Shown piece by piece: positions 48,989 through 58,041 of a stretch of DNA of 64,000 nt; position 1 is the stretch's first letter; every line of letters begins with the position of its first letter. Made by a program: the position numbers and the translations under genes. The notes beneath the pieces are model-generated. The model searched no databases and was not told the DNA's origin. It saw only the letters and a list, made by a program, of their open reading frames with translations. Source of the stretch: an uncultured Thermoprotei archaeon (GTDB lineage Archaea > Thermoproteota > Thermoprotei > Thermofilales > B15-G2); assembly GCA_965367815.1 (NCBI GenBank), contig CBDUKN010000012.1, positions 11,595 through 75,594 of the forward strand, read 5' to 3'.

Positions 48989-49975
48989 ATGTCCGAGAAA
49001 CTTAAGATAGGTATCTTTGTGCCTCAAGGATGGAGACTTGACTTACCTCCTGATTTACCTGCTACTGAGCAGTGGAATCTCATAGTTAAGGTAGCTAAAA
49101 GAGCCGAGGAACTAGGCTTCGACTCATTATGGGTCTTCGACCACTTCCATACAGTACCGCAGCCGATTAAAGGTAGGTCTGTTTTCGAAGCATGGACTAC
49201 GCTAACAGCATTAGCGGCAGTAACTGAGAAAATTAGGCTAGGAACATTAGTTACTTGTGTTCTCTATAGGTATCCAACTGTCTTAGCTAAAATAGTAGCC
49301 AATGTAGATGTAATATCAAACGGCAGAGTAGAATTCGGTATAGGAGCATGCTGGTACGAAAACGAGTTCAGGGGCTACGGAATACCTTTCCCTAAGCCAG
49401 CTGACAGAATAAAGGCGCTAGACGAAGCACTACAAATTATTAAAATGATGTGGACTCAAGACGAAGTAACATTCGAAGGAAAGTACTACAAAGTAGAGAA
49501 AGGACTAAATGATCCTAAGCCTGTACAGAAGCCCCATCCGCCAATTTTAGTAGCAGGAGCAGGAGAGCAATTAACTCTAAGAGTAGTAGCCAAACACGCT
49601 AACAAATACCATGTCTGGGGAGACCCAGAGTTCTACAAAAGAAAACTAGAAGTACTTAAAAAGCACTGTAAGAAAATAGGCAGAGACTTCAATGAAATAA
49701 TAAAGGTTCACGACGGCTTCTTAATAATGGGTGAAAGTGAAGAAGAAATCAAAAAGAAGATAAAAGAATGCGAATTTCTCGTACTGAGTAAGTCGAGCTA
49801 CGAAGGATTAAAGAAAACACAGTATATAGGAACACCCGAAGAAATAGTAGAAAGAGTTAAGAAATACGTCGAAGTAGGCGTCAGAGAATTCATTTTCTAC
49901 TTCCCCGATGCGTATAAGATAAAGCCGATAGAAGAATTTGCAGAAAAAGTACTTCCAGAGCTAAAAAGACTATAG
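48989..49975 (+). CDS. Luciferase-like (LLM) oxidoreductase of the F420-dependent type
   Basis: PQGW, GFDSLWVFDHF, EAWTTL.ALA, GRVEFGIGA.W.E.E and PKPVQKPHPPI motifs. Confidence 0.85.
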   Translation: MSEKLKIGIFVPQGWRLDLPPDLPATEQWNLIVKVAKRAEELGFDSLWVFDHFHTVPQPIKGRSVFEAWTTLTALAAVTEKIRLGTLVTCVLYRYPTVLAKIVANVDVISNGRVEFGIGACWYENEFRGYGIPFPKPADRIKALDEALQIIKMMWTQDEVTFEGKYYKVEKGLNDPKPVQKPHPPILVAGAGEQLTLRVVAKHANKYHVWGDPEFYKRKLEVLKKHCKKIGRDFNEIIKVHDGFLIMGESEEEIKKKIKECEFLVLSKSSYEGLKKTQYIGTPEEIVERVKKYVEVGVREFIFYFPDAYKIKPIEEFAEKVLPELKRL

Positions 49976-50018
49976 CTTTAAGTCTCTTCACCTTTTTAAA
50001 AGTTTTAGTAATGAGACT

Positions 50019-51269
50019 TTAACTAAAGTCTTTAACTATTTCAGCAATTTTTTCGGGAGTATATATTTCGACTCCAGTCTTAGAGATATTTTCTGGAACA
50101 CTTTTAGCAACTACTATCAGTCTTCTTACTAAGTTTGAAACCTTAGACTTAAAGTCATATACTTCGCTGAGACTCACCTTACCCATTTTCACCTCTATGG
50201 CTGCAATAGGCTTTCTTCCTCTCACTAAAACGCCGTCTATTTCGGGCTGAAAACGCTTCTGAACTTCAGCATCCAGTATTTGTGCAAACAAATCGACTAC
50301 GAAGCGCTCGTAGTAAAATGGAATTTTCTCCACGGCTTTCTTCCTAGTGAGGCTTAATGGAGAACGAAGCTCATAAAACCCTAGCTTAGCGTCGAGATAG
50401 AAAAAGAGGTCTAGAAGAGGAGAATCTATTGTATACAGATATCTTTTCTTATTGAATACCTTTATTTTCCTGACAAGTCCCATTTCAACAAGATTACTTA
50501 TGTACTTTTTCACATCCTGCGACTTCAGATGTTCGCTCAATATTCCTGAAAGATATGAAGCAACTTCTCCGGGAGTCTTACAGCCACAAGCAATAGCTCT
50601 TAGAACAGCCTCGTATCTTTCAGTAAGCTCTCTTTCTTCTTCTAAAAAAACTTCCCCTACAAGACCTCGAGCACTTAGCCTCAAAGCCTCTACAATTTGA
50701 TCTATTATTTCTCCATACGGTTTATCTAGATCTATGAACTCTAGTATCCAAGGATCACTAACTAAAGGAGCAAGCATTAAAGCTTCTTCTGGTCTCTTTA
50801 GTTTAAGTAAAGCGCGTAGTACGTCTAGCGGTTTAGCTAAGCCTAGCTTAACTGGCTTAACTATCCCAAGAAGAGGGCTGCGTGAATGCATAATTTTTCT
50901 TGAAACTAGCATGCTAGAACCCACTAAAATAACCTTAGCTTTGCTCCAGCTCTTCGCGTAATGAAGAAAATCTAAGAAATTTTCGGGAAGTCTCTGAAAC
51001 TCATCTATAACTAAAACAATATTATCTCTAAGAAGATTCTTAAGTCTCTCTAAGAAAACAGAGTAAGTAAGTATCTCTATGTTTCCTGCACTCTCACAAA
51101 ATATTTCCCTCCCTCTAGTTACAAAAAAGTAGTAGTCATAGTGAATCATACTTCTAACAAGAAAAGTCTTCCCTGTTTTCCTTCTACCATAGAGAAGAAC
51201 CCATCCTCTTCCCTCAAGCTTTTTAGCTTCCGAGCGGGGAATTATAAGACCCATACCCATAAAACCCAT
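50019..51269 (-). CDS. Archaeal ATPase (AAA + wHTH + PD-(D/E)xK)
   Basis: YGRRKTGKT, IDEFQRL, LVGSS and EIDG...EVK motifs. Confidence 0.85.
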   Translation of the reverse strand: MGFMGMGLIIPRSEAKKLEGRGWVLLYGRRKTGKTFLVRSMIHYDYYFFVTRGREIFCESAGNIEILTYSVFLERLKNLLRDNIVLVIDEFQRLPENFLDFLHYAKSWSKAKVILVGSSMLVSRKIMHSRSPLLGIVKPVKLGLAKPLDVLRALLKLKRPEEALMLAPLVSDPWILEFIDLDKPYGEIIDQIVEALRLSARGLVGEVFLEEERELTERYEAVLRAIACGCKTPGEVASYLSGILSEHLKSQDVKKYISNLVEMGLVRKIKVFNKKRYLYTIDSPLLDLFFYLDAKLGFYELRSPLSLTRKKAVEKIPFYYERFVVDLFAQILDAEVQKRFQPEIDGVLVRGRKPIAAIEVKMGKVSLSEVYDFKSKVSNLVRRLIVVAKSVPENISKTGVEIYTPEKIAEIVKDFS

Positions 51270-51454
51270 ACTCTAAAGTCCCTTTAATTTCTTCCGAATC
51301 ATAGAGTCCGAAATCATTAAACAAATTCTAGTGAAAACTTTATAAATAATATTATTCTTGATATTTTATAATTTAGTGCTTTATATTACATTATTTTTCA
51401 TTTAAAAAACTGAATCATAAGGACTATATAAGCTTTAGTAAAAGCGCTATCGAT

Positions 51455-51810
51455 ATGAGCTCTACAACTACAAAAGTATTAGTAGATTTAGTTAAGAAAC
51501 TAGAAGAAAAGAATGTTAAAGTATTGGTTAACAGTAAAATAAAAGGTGAAAGTGGAATTTATCATAACTTCGATTTAATAATAATGGGTAATAAAACATT
51601 ATGTATAGATATACTAGAAAACCTTACACTTAAAAAACTCATCGAAATTTTAGCAAAAGCACTAGACTTAGGTCCATTTGCAGAAATATATGCATTAATT
51701 AATAGGAAACATTGTGAAAAAATTCAGTTTAATACAACTAAGTTTAAAAAATATACTATGACGATATAAGTGATTTACCTAAGTTACTTACATCTATTGT
51801 CAACAATTAA
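51455..51810 (+). pseudogene. Restriction-endonuclease-like (G.SG..H.FD) small protein with probable frameshift in an A6 run near 51746-51751
   Basis: ORF 51455-51769 contains KIKGESGIYHNFDLII...AKALD; the -1 frame continues IYYDDISDLPKLLTSIVNN* to 51810. Confidence 0.55.
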
Positions 51811-52186
51811 TATTGAAGACACTTTTCTCGAACATTAACATTATTTTTTCAATAGTCTTTACAAATGTTTTTAATGTTAACAAATGCTGTTAATTAACCT
51901 ATAATATATTTATTTTAATTACTTTCTAGTATTATATAGAGATAATTTTTAGTGAAAGATGAGTTCCTTATATTCTTTTTTGAACAAAGCATTTTACTTT
52001 GGGGTGAAAATTGTTTTTAGAAAGACTTAAATATCTTAATTACCTAAGAGTACAGGGCATTTATGTGCTTTAGTGAGCAAATAGCTGTGACATTGTACTT
52101 ATTAATTCTATTTATGCCTAGAATAAATGTTTCTGCTATTGTATGTCCTCTCTTAAGTTACTTAGCTGGAGCTCGAGGGGACGATC

Positions 52187-52885
52187 ATGGAGCGTTTGAG
52201 TAGTCTTTTACGCGAAAAACTTAGATGGAAAATTGGTCCAGAAAGTATTCAAGATCCCTATAAACTGTTTGATAGAATAGTATCAACATATGGGTATAGC
52301 GTAGCGTCTGAAATATTTAGAGAAGCAGGACTTCCTGTTCCGAGTAGACTTGTTACTATGAAGATTATTTTGATTGGGGATTCTGGTGTAGGCAAAACTA
52401 GTTTATGTACAAGATTTACTCAAAGAGAATTTAAAGAAGACATTAAGTCTACTGTAGGCGTGGCCTTCGGTACTAGAATAATTTTAGTGGGAAATGATAC
52501 TCTAGTTAAAGCAGTTATATGGGATACTGCTGGTCAAGAAAGATTTTCTTCGCTCAGACCTCTCTACTACAAAGGAGCAGCCGGAGGTCTCGTAGTATTT
52601 GACGTAACTAGAGTAAGCTCATTTGACTTTGTAGAAAAATGGGTTAGCGAAGCACGAAGCGTCGAAAGAGACTTACCTTTACTCCTTGTAGGTAATAAAA
52701 TAGACTTACCTTGTAGAAAAGTATCTGAAGCTAATGCTTTAAAGAAAGTCGAAAAACTAGGTCTTCTGGGCTATATTGAAACTAGCGCTAAGACTGGACA
52801 GAATGTCGACGAAGCATTTTTAAAACTAATTCGAGGAGTTCTTGAAAAGCCTTGCTCAAATATAAAAATAGTTACTTTAACTTAA
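52187..52885 (+). CDS. Rab-like small GTPase with about 55-aa N-terminal extension
   Basis: G1 GDSGVGKTS, G2 STVG, G3 WDTAGQE, G4 GNKID, G5 ETSAK; RabF-like VGVAF, KAVIW, RFSSL, YYKGA, VVFDVT; SD-like GAGGGG upstream. Confidence 0.93.
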   Translation: MERLSSLLREKLRWKIGPESIQDPYKLFDRIVSTYGYSVASEIFREAGLPVPSRLVTMKIILIGDSGVGKTSLCTRFTQREFKEDIKSTVGVAFGTRIILVGNDTLVKAVIWDTAGQERFSSLRPLYYKGAAGGLVVFDVTRVSSFDFVEKWVSEARSVERDLPLLLVGNKIDLPCRKVSEANALKKVEKLGLLGYIETSAKTGQNVDEAFLKLIRGVLEKPCSNIKIVTLT

Positions 52886-53024
52886 CATATTTTCATTTAA
52901 TTTTAAACATTTCTGAAGCCATATACTCTAATGTTAACTAGAACTCCGTTTAATATAAGCGTCTAAAATATATAAATTTTCTCTAGATAAAAATAAGTAT
53001 CAGTAAAAATGGATTAATTTATGT

Positions 53025-54041
53025 ATGAAAATGAGCTTTCTTGAATACTCGCTCAAGACTTTAGCAGTAGTGTGTCCTCTTTGCAAAAGTACTTTAACTA
53101 TCGAGAAAGCTACTAGATGTGGCACTATTATTCAGAGAGCTATCTTATCTTGTACTTCATGCAATACTTTATTTAAAGTTTATGCAAGAATCCCTGTTTT
53201 ACTTAAGCCGGGTCAGTATGCTAGCTGGAACCATCCCTTCGTAGAAGCTGTCTTCGGTTTCACTCTCGAGTCCTATGAAAAACTATTAAAGAAGTATGGT
53301 GTGGAAGAAGTCAGAAGAAGAACTTTCAGAGTACTCAGAGGAGAGTATTCTCCTCCTAAAGTATTTTTCAAAGAACCTGTTGATAGAAGGCTTTTAGCTA
53401 TAGGTGGCTGGCGTATTAGAAAATGCTATGTTGAAAAGCATTTGCAAAGAATTAAGGAGCAAACAAAGAGCTCTGTGTCTCTTAAAAGAATGGTCGATAT
53501 TGTTAGAGAATATTCTCCGAGCAAAATACTTGATATGTGTTCTGGTGGAGGATTCTTTTTAACCTGTCTCATTGAAAAATATAGAGACTTTAAAGAATTC
53601 TATAGCTTTGACATAGATTATAAATGTGCTAAAAGAGTTGAAGGTACTTTAACTTACTACAAGCTCTTAGACAAGTCTTTACCTATGGTCGCTGACGCTA
53701 GAGCAATGCCATTTAAAGAAAACTACTTTGATGTAATTACCAATAATTGCGGCTTTAGCCAAATTCTCGGATTTGCTAAAGCTGTTAAGGAAGCTTACCG
53801 TGTGCTTAAGCCTGAAGGAAAACTTGTTGTGAGAGAATTTTACGGCATTACTACGTGGGACAGTGACCAAACTCGAAGAGAACTTGGATTTACTGTAGAC
53901 GAATTAGTAGAATTTTTCAGATACTGTGATATTTATGTGGACAAAGAATCCTTTATTGAAATTATTGAGAAAACCGGGTTTACTATTGAATTAATAGAGG
54001 ATATTGATGAAAGATACTACTTACTAGTGTGTACAAAGTAA
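53025..54041 (+). CDS. Trm112-like Zn-ribbon fused to a class I SAM methyltransferase
   Basis: CPLC...CTSC...IPVL N-terminus; ILDMCSGGG, ADARAMPF..FD and RVLKPEG motifs. Confidence 0.85.
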   Translation: MKMSFLEYSLKTLAVVCPLCKSTLTIEKATRCGTIIQRAILSCTSCNTLFKVYARIPVLLKPGQYASWNHPFVEAVFGFTLESYEKLLKKYGVEEVRRRTFRVLRGEYSPPKVFFKEPVDRRLLAIGGWRIRKCYVEKHLQRIKEQTKSSVSLKRMVDIVREYSPSKILDMCSGGGFFLTCLIEKYRDFKEFYSFDIDYKCAKRVEGTLTYYKLLDKSLPMVADARAMPFKENYFDVITNNCGFSQILGFAKAVKEAYRVLKPEGKLVVREFYGITTWDSDQTRRELGFTVDELVEFFRYCDIYVDKESFIEIIEKTGFTIELIEDIDERYYLLVCTK

Positions 54042-54088
54042 TCAGCTTTGCTAAGGGTCAAGTCGCTAAAATAGCGTTTATATTAAGT

Positions 54089-55273
54089 TTAAAGAGTAAG
54101 TGGAGCTTTTTCAGGCTTTCCATCTAACTCCAGTACTATTACTGTGTCATAAGGATCTGGTGCTAGCCTCGGTAGTCCTTTAAGAAATACTCTATCTTTT
54201 TTCTGCTCTACTTTTACTTCTTCTCCTGTCGTGAGAATATAAGCTGACTGCACTGAATTCGCTACACCAGCTACACATATTTCTTTACCAGGCCACCTAA
54301 ATGCATGGACATAGACCTTGTTTCCCTTAGCTGTCATAGGGCCTACCGTTGTTGTGAAGGGGCAGCGCTCCGACCCATACACTGATTCTCCGTGAACTCT
54401 CATCCACTCTCCTATTGCTTCAAGTCTTTCTAGTGCTTCCGGCGGAAATGTTCCGTCGGCTCGAGGCCCTACATTTAAAAGCAAGTTGCCTTCATAGCTG
54501 GCACATGTCACTAGAATCTGTATTAACTGTTTAACAGTCTTCCAGTTTCTATCAGCCTCAAAGTAGCCCCAGCTATCGTTCATAGTCATACATGTCTCCC
54601 AAAGCCTCCCAGGCTTAGAAGGCCTTATTACTTGCTCAGGTGTATCGAAGTCTTCCGGCAACCCCGACCGATTATTTATGAGTATTTGTGGCTGAAGCTT
54701 TCTTACTTTAGCGTTTAGTTCAGCGGCCCGCCAGTCCTCGGCCGTATAAGGCCAAGCTCCGTCATACCACAGTATGTCTATTTTACCATATTGTGTGCAG
54801 AGCTCTTCTACTTGACTGTGAACATAGTTAAGAAACTTCTCCCAGCCCTCAGGGTCTTCTTTAGGCCCTTTCCAGTAAGCGTTCCATCTCCAGTCTAGTA
54901 ACGAATAGTAAAAACCTATCTTTAGTCCCGCTTTTCTACATGCTTCCACGTATTCTTCAACAAAGTCTTTCTTAGCAGCCGACTTTACTGAAGTAAAGTC
55001 AGATACCTTACTGTCGAATAGAGAAAAGCCGTCATGGTGACGTGTAGTAAAGACCATGTACTTGGCGCCAGCTCTTTTAGCTATCTCAGCCCACTCATAG
55101 GCGTCAAACTTATCTGGTTTAAATTTATCGGCTAGCTTAGCGTACTCTCTTACTGGAATTCTCTCTAAAAACATAACCCATTCAGCTCTACCTAGAATCG
55201 AGTAAAGTCCCCAGTGAATAAATATTCCGAACCTAGCTTCACTAAACCACTTAAGCCTTTCTTCTGACGCCAT
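54089..55273 (-). CDS. Alpha-L-fucosidase (GH29)
   Basis: RFGIFIHWGLYS, TTRHHDGF, LWYDG nucleophile, WETCMTMN.SWGY and NLLLNVGP motifs; uninterrupted. Confidence 0.95.
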   Translation of the reverse strand: MASEERLKWFSEARFGIFIHWGLYSILGRAEWVMFLERIPVREYAKLADKFKPDKFDAYEWAEIAKRAGAKYMVFTTRHHDGFSLFDSKVSDFTSVKSAAKKDFVEEYVEACRKAGLKIGFYYSLLDWRWNAYWKGPKEDPEGWEKFLNYVHSQVEELCTQYGKIDILWYDGAWPYTAEDWRAAELNAKVRKLQPQILINNRSGLPEDFDTPEQVIRPSKPGRLWETCMTMNDSWGYFEADRNWKTVKQLIQILVTCASYEGNLLLNVGPRADGTFPPEALERLEAIGEWMRVHGESVYGSERCPFTTTVGPMTAKGNKVYVHAFRWPGKEICVAGVANSVQSAYILTTGEEVKVEQKKDRVFLKGLPRLAPDPYDTVIVLELDGKPEKAPLTL

Positions 55274-55365
55274 ACTTAATAGTACTCAAAATCAAATAAA
55301 TAACTTTATTACATAGTACCTCCTTAGCAAGAAAATTTTTATTCTTTAATAGATACTTACGTATC

Positions 55366-56257
55366 ATGATCGAGACATTTTATTTAATCGAAGTATTTCC
55401 ATTATTTTTAATAACACTCATTATAACTACGTTTCTGCTATCTAAAAGTGGTAAAGAGCATGTCAACACATTAGTATTCATTATAGGGCTTGCTCTCTTC
55501 ACTATACGTCCATTCGCTCTCTATATCTATGGAGAAAATTTTCCCTCAAAAATGCTGATCTTGCTTAAATACATGGACTTAGGGCTAGCGCCTAGCTTAA
55601 TTCTATCATCTATTATTTCATTTATAAAAAATTAAGGAAAATCGACTGCTGCCTCTACTTTAGTTCTCGTAGCGCTAGTAGTTATACCTATTCTCTACAT
55701 CTATTTCTACTCAGAGAACATTACTTTAATGGCAGAAATTCTGTCACTCAGTCTAGCTAATTGGCTTATATGGCATGCATTGGCAGACATTTTAGCATAT
55801 GCCCTGTTAAAGGATACATTAAGCAAGGATACATAGTAATTGCACCTCGGCTACGAAAATCTTCATCTAAGAGCTTTGTAGATAATGTCTCCAAAGTATC
55901 TACATTAATTTTCTATGGGTTTTCTTTAGTTACTTTCATATTCTCTATAATTAATGTAAACTTTACTGGATTAAGAATGAGTGTGCTTCTCGCTAAAGCA
56001 TCCTGGGTAACATTAGTATTTACATCGGTTTTTCTAGTTTCAATTAAGTGACTTCTAGATGCTGCTAACTTAAGAGCCTATAGTAAATAAGATTTCTGCC
56101 TAGAGGATATTAAGTATGGAGTATTATAGAAGAATTCGCTGGAATAACCGCTATAGTTTCCTTCATTATTCTCATGTATCAATTAGCGGGTGCATTTACT
56201 GGCGTAATTAATACCTGGAGACTAGCCTATAACCTAGCTCAAGAATTTTTCCTCTAG
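55366..56257 (+). pseudogene. Fragmented multi-TM membrane protein
   Basis: ORF 55366-55635 reads on past TAA (GKSTAASTLVLVALVVIPILYIYF...), then frameshifts into 55761-56051 and a last hydrophobic piece (EFAGITAIVSFIILMYQLAGAF...FFL*). Confidence 0.65.
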
Positions 56258-56727
56258 AATTTCTTTTAAGAAAATCTACTGTAATTTCTACTCCGCTGTA
56301 CTTCCCTACATTTCTTTCATCTATTCCTAGCAATAGGCGAAGACCTGTAGGAGGATATCACATGACTAAAAGTGTTCTTCCTTCCTTGACACATTTCTCA
56401 AGGAACGCTACTTCCTCGTTATCTAGTTCGGGGAGATCGGCGAGAATTATTAAAGAGACTTCCTCGCTTAAATCATAGTTTTTGTTGTGTAGAGGGAGCT
56501 GTATTAAAGATAAGTCTACTCCTACTCTTCTAAGGCAATCTTAAAATATGTTGAGCGAAAGCCCGGTACTCCGGTTTACGTAACAAGAACAGTGCTACGT
56601 CTGGTGGGGATCTAATAAGTTTCTGTATTTTAATAAAGTCTTTTAAGGACTCTTTGTAAGCAGCTAGACTCTTACCAGTAGGCTCGTCTAAGAAATATGT
56701 GAAAGTAAATGAAGTCATATTTTTCAC
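56254..56727 (-). pseudogene. Gene remnant, possibly a class I GATase-like/beta-galactosidase trimerisation domain
   Basis: ORF 56530-56727, then a frameshift to LRRVGVDLSLIQLP...LIILADLPELDNEEVAFLEKCVKEGRTLLVM*. Confidence 0.45.
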
Positions 56728-57011
56728 CCTTTCTAGCTCGTAGAATTATGGTATACAATAGTATTGCCTACCTTACTATACTCATCAAAATATTTTTAAG
56801 CCAATTTAAGCCACAATAAACCACATGAGCTGCTGGAAGCCAGTCTAAAACTATTATATTCTCTTACTCATATTTCCAACTATAGCTTCGAGTAAAAACT
56901 TTTACACTTTTGACACTAATGATATTCAAAGCAGTTATTGAGACATGTATTATTATCTTTAATATAATTAGATCCGTTAAACTAATAGTATTCGAAAAGA
57001 ATATAGTATTG

Positions 57012-57257
57012 ATGTCCATTAAAACACCTTCAAAAGAACTCTTAAAAGAGTGGGAAGAAGAAGATAAAGAATTTAGAGAAATAAGGAAAAAGTACGCTGA
57101 CTGGAACTACATAAACAAGCAGCCACCTCATATCCGAGCTGCACTAATTTATTTCATTGAAAAAGGAGACCGCTATGTCGCAGCTAAAATAGCCGGATTA
57201 ACAGTAGAAGAATTCGATGAAATTAGAAGAAAAGCAAATATCCCTGTGGTGATTTAG
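57012..57257 (+). CDS. Small HTH antitoxin-like protein, copy 1 (ATG 57012 preferred over TTG 56910)
   Basis: GDRYVAAKIAGLTVEEFDEIRRKANIP is UPF0175-like HTH; coupled to the PIN gene; length matches copy 2. Confidence 0.7.
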   Translation: MSIKTPSKELLKEWEEEDKEFREIRKKYADWNYINKQPPHIRAALIYFIEKGDRYVAAKIAGLTVEEFDEIRRKANIPVVI

Positions 57258-57912
57258 TGCAAGGAGTAGTTGATACATGCTTTATAATAGATTGGGCAAA
57301 ATACAGAAGGAGAGAAATATTAAACAATATATTTAAACTGCTGCTAATTCATGAAGAAACACTGGCTCAAATAAAGTCTCCTAAGGCAGTAGAGTATATT
57401 TCACAGTTATTAAGTAGAGACATTATGAGACTTTACCCTTGGTCTTCTTCAGAAGAAGAAATGTACATTAAACTGAGAGACGAAATTGCCGCTGATCCAA
57501 GAATTCCTGCTTTAGAGCGTCCAGATATACTCTGCTTAATTATAGCTTATAAGACAAATTCCATTCTCTTAAGCGAAAATATAGGAATACTTAGAGTAAC
57601 TCAATTTCATCCAGTTTACTCTAAAGTCCGCGTATGGACTTCTCTTGAAGTACTAGAACAGGCAGTATATAAAGAAGTAATTAAAGTTAATGCTTTAGAA
57701 GACTTTATTAAAGTAGTAAGAGAATATGAGATTGATACTAAACATATATTTAGTCGAAAAAGGTTAAAAGAAGTATTAGAGAGGGTTGAAAAATGGCTAA
57801 GAAAATAATTCCGCCTCCTGAGCTTTTAAAGAAGTGGGAAGAAGAAGATAAAGAATTTAGAGAAATAAGGAAAAAGTACGCTGACTGGAACTACATAAAC
57901 AAGCAGCCACCT
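57049..57912 (+). repeat. Perfect 80-bp direct repeat (57049-57128 and 57833-57912)
   Basis: AGTGGGAAGAAGAAGATAAAGAATTTAGAGAAATAAGGAAAAAGTACGCTGACTGGAACTACATAAACAAGCAGCCACCT is identical in both copies. Confidence 0.95.
57257..57808 (+). CDS. PIN-domain protein
   Basis: VVDTCFIIDW, E, PD.LCL and LLSEN motifs. Confidence 0.75.
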   Translation: MQGVVDTCFIIDWAKYRRREILNNIFKLLLIHEETLAQIKSPKAVEYISQLLSRDIMRLYPWSSSEEEMYIKLRDEIAADPRIPALERPDILCLIIAYKTNSILLSENIGILRVTQFHPVYSKVRVWTSLEVLEQAVYKEVIKVNALEDFIKVVREYEIDTKHIFSRKRLKEVLERVEKWLRK

Positions 57913-58041
57913 TTAATTAAGTTGGCTCTGATAATTTACATTGAGACAGGAGACATCTATAAAGCTGCTAAAATAGCTGGCATGACTATAGGAGAATTCA
58001 ATGAATATAGATTTAAAGCCAATATACCGAACATTACTTAG
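57793..58041 (+). CDS. Small HTH antitoxin-like protein, copy 2
   Basis: Paralog of the 57012 gene; GDIYKAAKIAGMTIGEFNEYRFKANIP. Confidence 0.7.
   Translation: MAKKIIPPPELLKKWEEEDKEFREIRKKYADWNYINKQPPLIKLALIIYIETGDIYKAAKIAGMTIGEFNEYRFKANIPNIT

Noticed and set aside
52063-52203. 46-codon hydrophobic ORF overlapping the Rab start
   Set aside because: No recognisable motif; cannot be distinguished from a chance ORF without Ribo-seq or conservation data.
52850-52885. Prenylation signal on the Rab-like protein
   Set aside because: The C-terminus PCSNIKIVTLT is not CAAX, CC or CXC.
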